Positions 23,827-28,956 of a stretch of 28,956 nt of DNA are shown here, piece after piece. Both the position numbers and the translations under genes were made by a program. Origin of the DNA: Candidatus Dojkabacteria bacterium (lineage in GTDB: Bacteria; Patescibacteriota; Dojkabacteria; SC72); NCBI GenBank assembly GCA_012511375.1, contig JAAZGF010000017.1:1-28956 (forward strand), read 5' to 3'. The notes beneath the pieces were generated by a model. That model did no database searches and was not told the origin of the DNA. It worked only from the letters and a program-made list of their open reading frames with translations. The stretch's first letter is position 1, and every line of letters begins with the position of its first letter.

Positions 23827-25749
23827 TTATTCTTCCACTACTTCTCCTTCTTTGACCTCTTCTTCACTTTTATCCTTTTCGTCTTTCTTATCCTCTTCCT
23901 TGTTTTCTTTCCCTTTTTCTTCCTCCTCATTCTCCTTGGAGACCTGTTCATACATCTTCTTCCCTATTTCCTGCATCTTCTCAGAGAGTTGTTCTGTTTT
24001 CTTTTCGACCTCTTCTTCATCAAAGTCTTCCTTTTCTATTAGTTTCTTCAATTCATCTATGTCTTTTTCTAAATCTTCTTTCTCTTTTTTATCAATCTTA
24101 TCCTTGTTCTCTTTAAGAAGTTTTTCAGCACTAAAACAGAGAGTATCTGCATTGTTTTTCTTCTCTACCCTTGCTTTCTTCTTTTTATCTTCCTCTGCAT
24201 GTTTTTTAGCTTCTTCAACCATCTCTTCTATTTCCTCTTCTTTAAGGCTTGTACTTGCAGTAATAGTAATCTTTTGTTCTTTCTTAGTTGCAAGATCAAC
24301 AGCTTTAACATTTAAGATCCCATTTGCATCAATTGAAAATGTCACCTCTATCTGAGGAACTCCCCTAGGAGCAGGTGGAATACCATCTAAGATAAATCTA
24401 CCTAGTGTTTTGTTGTCTCCTGCCATCTCTCTTTCTCCTTGAAGCACATGAATATCAACAGCTGGTTGGTTATCTGCAGCGGTTGAAAATATCTGTTTCT
24501 TCTCTACAGGAATTGTTGTATTCCTATCTATTAACTTAGTCATTACCCCTCCTAAAGTTTCTAACCCAAGAGATAATGGAGTAACATCTAGTAATGTTAT
24601 ATCTTTAACATCACCTCCTAATACTCCTGCTTGAATTGCTGCTCCAATACCAACTATCTCATCTGGATTTACACCTTTATTTGGTTCTTTACCAAATATT
24701 TCTTTTACCTTCTTTACAATAGCTGGCATTCTCGTCATACCACCAACTAAGAGAACTTGATCCACATCTTCCTTTTTCAACTTTGCATCTTTGAGGGCCT
24801 TTTGACATGGAGCAACTGTTTTTTCTATTAAATCAGATGTTAGTTTCTCTAATTCTGCTTTAGTTAGTTTCTCTTTTAGATGTTTAGGCCCCTTGTCTGT
24901 TGCAGTTATGTAAGGGACATTAATGTCTGTTTCTTCTGAGGTAGAAAGTGCAATTTTGGCTTCCTCTGCTGCCTCTCTTAATCTCTGTAAAGCATTCCTG
25001 TCTTCTCTTAGGTCAAAGTCTTCCTTTGATTTAAATGCATCTGCAAGATAGTCTATTATTACCTGGTCAAAATCATCTCCTCCTAGATGTGTATCTCCAT
25101 TTGTAGAAAGTACTTCAAACACACCATCCCCTATTTCCAATATCGAGACATCAAATGTCCCCCCTCCTAAGTCGAATATTACAATCTTTTCGTCTTTTGA
25201 TTCATCTACTCCGTATGCTAATGCAGCTGCTGTAGGCTCATTTACAATTCTTTTTACAGTTAATCCTGCTATTTTACCTGCATCTTTTGTCGCTTGTCTT
25301 TGAGAGTCATCAAAGTAGGCAGGAACCGTTATTACAGCCTCATTAACCTCTTCTCCTATGAACTCTTCTGCATCCTTTTTCATTTTCGCAAGGATCTTTG
25401 CAGAAATTTCTTGAGGAGAATACCATTCACTCCCCATTTCAACCTCTATACCACCACTATCAGATTTTCTCATAGAGAATGGTAAAAGCTCTTTATCTTT
25501 TTTGACTTCGGGATCATCCCAAGACCTACCAATTAACCTCTTAACAGAGTATATGGTTCCCTCCGGATTTGTAACAGCTTGGTTTTTAGCTGCTGTTCCG
25601 ACCAACACCTCTCCTTTTTCATTTGCTGCTACAACAGAAGGAGTTAATCTTCCTCCCTGCGTATTTGGAATGATGTTGGGCTTTCCCCCCTCCATGTAGG
25701 CCATAACAGAGTTTGTTGTTCCTAAGTCTATTCCTATTATTTTTGACAT
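23827..25749 (-). CDS. dnaK: Hsp70 chaperone DnaK
   Basis: [78 protein letters not shown]. Confidence 0.99.
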   Translation of the reverse strand: MSKIIGIDLGTTNSVMAYMEGGKPNIIPNTQGGRLTPSVVAANEKGEVLVGTAAKNQAVTNPEGTIYSVKRLIGRSWDDPEVKKDKELLPFSMRKSDSGGIEVEMGSEWYSPQEISAKILAKMKKDAEEFIGEEVNEAVITVPAYFDDSQRQATKDAGKIAGLTVKRIVNEPTAAALAYGVDESKDEKIVIFDLGGGTFDVSILEIGDGVFEVLSTNGDTHLGGDDFDQVIIDYLADAFKSKEDFDLREDRNALQRLREAAEEAKIALSTSEETDINVPYITATDKGPKHLKEKLTKAELEKLTSDLIEKTVAPCQKALKDAKLKKEDVDQVLLVGGMTRMPAIVKKVKEIFGKEPNKGVNPDEIVGIGAAIQAGVLGGDVKDITLLDVTPLSLGLETLGGVMTKLIDRNTTIPVEKKQIFSTAADNQPAVDIHVLQGEREMAGDNKTLGRFILDGIPPAPRGVPQIEVTFSIDANGILNVKAVDLATKKEQKITITASTSLKEEEIEEMVEEAKKHAEEDKKKKARVEKKNNADTLCFSAEKLLKENKDKIDKKEKEDLEKDIDELKKLIEKEDFDEEEVEKKTEQLSEKMQEIGKKMYEQVSKENEEEEKGKENKEEDKKDEKDKSEEEVKEGEVVEE

Positions 25750-25774
25750 ATTATTAATTATAAAAAATTAAATC

Positions 25775-26314
25775 TTATTCAGATACTACAACCCTAGCTG
25801 GGCGTATAACTGTTTCATCTAAAATATATCCTGGTTGTACCACATCATATATTTCTCCCTTTTTCCCTTCTTTCACTGTAGCAATAGCTTCATGTAGATT
25901 ACTATCAAAGGCTTCTCCCTTTTGAGGAACATATTGCCCCAACCCTATATCTTCCATGCTCTTATTTATCTTTTCTAATACCGCTACTATCCCTTCTTTC
26001 CAAGATTTACTTTTCTCTTCGAATTCCAATTCTTTCCCTGCTTCAATTGCCATCATTATCGAATCCAAAGAGGGAATAAGGGATTCAAAAAGTTTCTTCC
26101 TTGTTTGAAAAAACCTTACTTCATCCCTTTTTTCTAAATTGTTAAGTAGGTTATGATAATCTGCGAGAGCCTTCTTTAGCTGATTTTCTACCTCCAATTT
26201 TTCATCCTCAACCTCATCTACTGTTAATGCTAACTCCCTTATCTTTTCTTCTAGCTCCCTCTCTCTGTCTTTTTGCAAAATAGTATCTTGTTTCTTTTTA
26301 GTTTTTTCTTTCAT
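25775..26314 (-). CDS. grpE: Nucleotide exchange factor GrpE
   Basis: LADYHN, FDSNLHEAI, VVQPGY.LDETVIRPARVVVS; lies between hrcA and dnaK. Confidence 0.93.
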   Translation of the reverse strand: MKEKTKKKQDTILQKDRERELEEKIRELALTVDEVEDEKLEVENQLKKALADYHNLLNNLEKRDEVRFFQTRKKLFESLIPSLDSIMMAIEAGKELEFEEKSKSWKEGIVAVLEKINKSMEDIGLGQYVPQKGEAFDSNLHEAIATVKEGKKGEIYDVVQPGYILDETVIRPARVVVSE

Positions 26315-26331
26315 GAATACTTACAGTTAAT

Positions 26332-27060
26332 TTATCTCCATCCCAACATAGATTTCTCTAATGCGCTTTTTACTTCTTTTAATGCAGAAAGTACTTTTGA
26401 ATATTCCATTCTTTTGGTCCCAATAACTCCTACATATGTTTTTCTTTCATCCCAAAAAGGAACATTAACAAAAGCTAATGCACAATTGGCCAAATTATCT
26501 ATTCCTGATTCCCCCCCTATTAATAGGGAAACTCCTGAACCAGAATACTGTTCTACCAAATCCCTCAGGAATGTATCATCTTCCAAGATATTAACTACTG
26601 TTCTCGTTCTCTCTACATTATCTACAAACTCTTCACACTTAAGTAAATTGGATAACCCATATGATCTTACATCTTCATCCAACACCATAAATGCTAAAGT
26701 TGATGTTTCTTTTGCCATAATTCTAAGAATTGCTTTGATTACTGTTTCTTTTGAAAACCTTTCTCTAAAAATCTCCTGCCTAATCTCTACAGATACTAGT
26801 GGGTTTAACCCGTTATCATCTATGAACTTAGAAACATACAATCTAAGTGCTTGGTCCGTAGGAAACCTTCCAGAAGATATATGGCTTTTCTCTAAAAGAC
26901 CTAATTGCATTAATTTAACCATCTCGTTTCTAATAGTGGCTGAACTTACACCAAGATCATATTTTTCTAAAAGAGATAGTGAACCAACTTCACATGCTTC
27001 TTCCATAAACTCATTTATAACGGCAAGAAGTATTTCTTTTTGTCTTTCTGTTAAATCCAT
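26332..27060 (-). CDS. hrcA: Heat-inducible transcription repressor HrcA (compact, 242 aa)
   Basis: LTERQKEIL, VSSATIRNEMVKL..LGLLEKSHISSGRFPTD, VGVIGTKRMEY. Confidence 0.93.
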   Translation of the reverse strand: MDLTERQKEILLAVINEFMEEACEVGSLSLLEKYDLGVSSATIRNEMVKLMQLGLLEKSHISSGRFPTDQALRLYVSKFIDDNGLNPLVSVEIRQEIFRERFSKETVIKAILRIMAKETSTLAFMVLDEDVRSYGLSNLLKCEEFVDNVERTRTVVNILEDDTFLRDLVEQYSGSGVSLLIGGESGIDNLANCALAFVNVPFWDERKTYVGVIGTKRMEYSKVLSALKEVKSALEKSMLGWR

Positions 27061-27061
27061 A

Positions 27062-27088
27062 TTAGCAAATCTAAAGGTTAACTGCTAG
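27062..27088. promoter_or_regulatory. Variant CIRCE at the hrcA start
   Basis: TTAGCAAAT-N9-AACTGCTAG, 1 nt from the ATG and directly downstream of the -10 box. Confidence 0.75.
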
Positions 27089-27117
27089 AGTATAAAGCAA
27101 GCAAGTATCTCTGTCAA
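27089..27117 (-). promoter_or_regulatory. hrcA-grpE-dnaK sigma70 promoter
   Basis: TTGACA (27112-27117)-N17-TATACT (27089-27094). Confidence 0.85.
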
Positions 27118-27126
27118 GCGCTAATA

Positions 27127-27155
27127 TTGACGACTCGGAAAAGTAATGTTAAACT
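27127..27155 (+). promoter_or_regulatory. Sigma70 promoter of the divergent orphan gene
   Basis: TTGACG (27127-27132)-N17-TAAACT (27150-27155), with an extended TGn. Confidence 0.65.
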
Positions 27156-27185
27156 CTTGTTATATAAATTTTACTGCTTATTTCT

Positions 27186-27953
27186 ATGACAGAAGGAGAT
27201 ATTTATTCTGACCAACCTAATACTGATACAACACCTGAAGTAACAAATACTCCCATTGTTGATGCTCAGCCGCAAGAACCTCAAGTGCAAGGCTTTTATG
27301 GTACTGGTATAGATGAAGGAAGAATTGTCGACCCAAATGTAGCAGAAGATATTGCCTATGTAGCAAAAGACCAAGGAATGGATGCTGCAACTGCAAGAGA
27401 AAATGCATTAAGAAACGAATATGAAACTGGATTAACGGAGGAGCAGAGAGTTAACAGGGAGATAAAAGAGGGATTATTAAAAGTCTACCCCTATGCTTAC
27501 GAAAAGGTCGTCCTCCCAGATGGAAACACAGTTTTAGTTGAAAAGAATTTACCTACTGGTGAATATGCGTCACTTATTATTAGAGGAAGATATACTGAAG
27601 AGCAAATAAAGAGGATGGATTTGACAGGAAAGAACATTATAACAGATGATGGCCTCTTACGACTTCCCCTTTCAATGGAAAAAGGACATAGATATACTCC
27701 TCAAGAAATCCAAGAAAACCTTTTAAACACAAAAAAATTTCCTCGCCTGTCTAATAGCCATCGTGGCTTTTTCCCTAATTTTCTTTTAACTATGAACACA
27801 ACGCAGATGGATGGGTTTAGACTTCGCAACGAACTCCTAAATGAAGAATACGAAAGAGTAGAGAAGCAAAAAGGAATAGAGCAGGCAAAGAGAATAACAA
27901 ATGCTGCTGATTTCTTATCTCAACTAACAAACAATAGTTCTTCTGAAATATAA
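27186..27953 (+). CDS. Hypothetical protein (255 aa) with an acidic disordered N-terminus
   Basis: Long ORF with its own promoter and typical codon usage; no recognisable domain. Confidence 0.7.
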   Translation: MTEGDIYSDQPNTDTTPEVTNTPIVDAQPQEPQVQGFYGTGIDEGRIVDPNVAEDIAYVAKDQGMDAATARENALRNEYETGLTEEQRVNREIKEGLLKVYPYAYEKVVLPDGNTVLVEKNLPTGEYASLIIRGRYTEEQIKRMDLTGKNIITDDGLLRLPLSMEKGHRYTPQEIQENLLNTKKFPRLSNSHRGFFPNFLLTMNTTQMDGFRLRNELLNEEYERVEKQKGIEQAKRITNAADFLSQLTNNSSSEI

Positions 27954-27970
27954 AGCCTTCGAAATAACTA

Positions 27971-27999
27971 TTGCCACTTTACTCTTAGTCTGATATACT
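27971..27999 (+). promoter_or_regulatory. rplY sigma70 promoter
   Basis: TTGCCA (27971-27976)-N17-TATACT (27994-27999) with an extended TGn; the ATG is 10 nt downstream. Confidence 0.75.
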
Positions 28000-28009
28000 C
28001 CTATTCGTT

Positions 28010-28666
28010 ATGGACACAATAAAACTTAGCAAAAGAGAGCTTGTTGGTAAAAAATCTAAAAGATTATTACTAGAGAACTTTGTTCCAGCAGTAGTATATA
28101 ACTCAAAAGGAGATTCTACTAACGTTAAGATATCAAGATCAGATTCTACAAAAATTCTTAAAAATGTAACTTCTACAACTATTCTTGATGCAGAATTTGA
28201 CAAAAAGAAACTAAAAGTACTTGTAAAAGAGGTAGATATTAATCCTTTTACAAGTAAAATAAGGCATATTGCATTTTTCGAAATAGATGAAACAGAAGAG
28301 ATGACATTTACAATTCCATTCAATATGATTGGTATCTCTCCTGCTGTTAAGAACAATTTAGGAGTTTTGGTAGAAGTTTTGCCCTCTATTGATGTTAAGA
28401 GTAAGCTTTCAAACCTCGTGCCTTTCATAGAGATAGATATAACAAAGCTGGAACATCCAGGACAATCCATATCAGTAGATGAGATAGAAATGCCTAAAGG
28501 AATCTCCTTGGTTAACGACGATCTTGCAAACGCTACAATTGTAACTATTACAGAATTACAAAAAGAAGAGGTATTTGAATCTAAAGTAGTTGAAGAGGGC
28601 GAAGAGGCGGACGAAACTGCTGAAGAAGAAGGAGATGAAAAAGCAGAAGAGATAGCAGAGGAGTAA
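28010..28666 (+). CDS. rplY: 50S ribosomal protein bL25 (Ctc-type long form)
   Basis: RELVGKKSKRL...VPAVVY, VKEVDINPFT..IRHIAF, beta domain GISPAVK..GVL, acidic tail. Confidence 0.92.
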   Translation: MDTIKLSKRELVGKKSKRLLLENFVPAVVYNSKGDSTNVKISRSDSTKILKNVTSTTILDAEFDKKKLKVLVKEVDINPFTSKIRHIAFFEIDETEEMTFTIPFNMIGISPAVKNNLGVLVEVLPSIDVKSKLSNLVPFIEIDITKLEHPGQSISVDEIEMPKGISLVNDDLANATIVTITELQKEEVFESKVVEEGEEADETAEEEGDEKAEEIAEE

Positions 28667-28703
28667 TTCTTCCATATTTTACTATATGTATATATAATTG
28701 GAT

Positions 28704-28956
28704 ATGATATCTGTAATTATTACCTCTTTTAAAGAACCTAAAACTATAAGGAAGTGCATATCATCAATAGCTGACAAGACATATTCAAAAATACCAACCC
28801 CTTTTGAAATAATCCAAGTTTCTCCAGACACCCCAACTTTAAACCAGGGCAAAAAGGAAGCAAACAGGTTAATGCTATCTAAAAAACAGTATATTCAGAT
28901 AAAGGATCCTAGGAAAGGAAAGCCTTTTGCATTAAAAATGGCTCTCAAAAGAGCAA
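28704..28956 (+). CDS. Family 2 glycosyltransferase (3'-truncated by the window edge; absent from the ORF track)
   Basis: Hand translation MISVIITSFKEPKTIRKCISSI...EIIQV...GKPFALKMALKRA stays open to the window end. TATAAT lies 5 nt upstream. Confidence 0.8.
   Translation, partial: MISVIITSFKEPKTIRKCISSIADKTYSKIPTPFEIIQVSPDTPTLNQGKKEANRLMLSKKQYIQIKDPRKGKPFALKMALKRA

Noticed and set aside
16063-28470. Antisense ORFs over groEL, the TPR gene, dnaK, hrcA (271 aa, 26273-27088), the orphan and rplY
   Set aside because: Typical reverse-strand open frames produced by codon bias; the sense genes carry diagnostic motifs.
1-28956. CRISPR array, rRNA, IS element, or alternative genetic code 25
   Set aside because: No spaced direct repeats or rRNA/transposase signatures. 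TGA terminates comF (21251-21253) and no genes are interrupted by in-frame TGA.

Overview
AT-rich (roughly 30% GC by eye), densely coding chromosomal segment. It reads as a CPR/Patescibacteria genome, possibly Dojkabacteria- or Microgenomates-like. This assignment is inference from gene content and Shine-Dalgarno-poor starts; TGA is used as a stop, so genetic code 11 applies. Left to right: 5'-truncated recF; a Pol-beta-type nucleotidyltransferase; a stand-alone T4SS-like operon (prgI, TraC/TcpE-like partner, virB4 ATPase, 73-aa ORF); a convergent Lon-derived AAA+ ATPase lacking both the N domain and the protease domain; a cohesin-like surface protein; a folD-glyA-thyX-dcd thymidylate/one-carbon cluster; a catalytically degenerate ABC exporter; an HExxH (SprT-like) protein with an XRE repressor and an unannotated 46-aa ORF; groES-groEL; murJ plus a coupled membrane protein; comF; an O-antigen-ligase-like/TPR membrane protein; hrcA-grpE-dnaK; an orphan; rplY; and a 3'-truncated GT2 glycosyltransferase. 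No rRNA, tRNA, CRISPR, integrase or transposase was found. The best candidate for an under-described system is the chromosomal prgI-traC-virB4 module with the protease-less Lon. The two convergent units share a near-identical promoter/leader motif (TATAAT-NN-AATCTGCCTA-N2/3-ATG). Other notable items are variant CIRCE operators, pervasive near-leaderless starts, a possible ImmA/ImmR-like regulatory trio, and a GC-rich candidate small RNA of about 60 nt.
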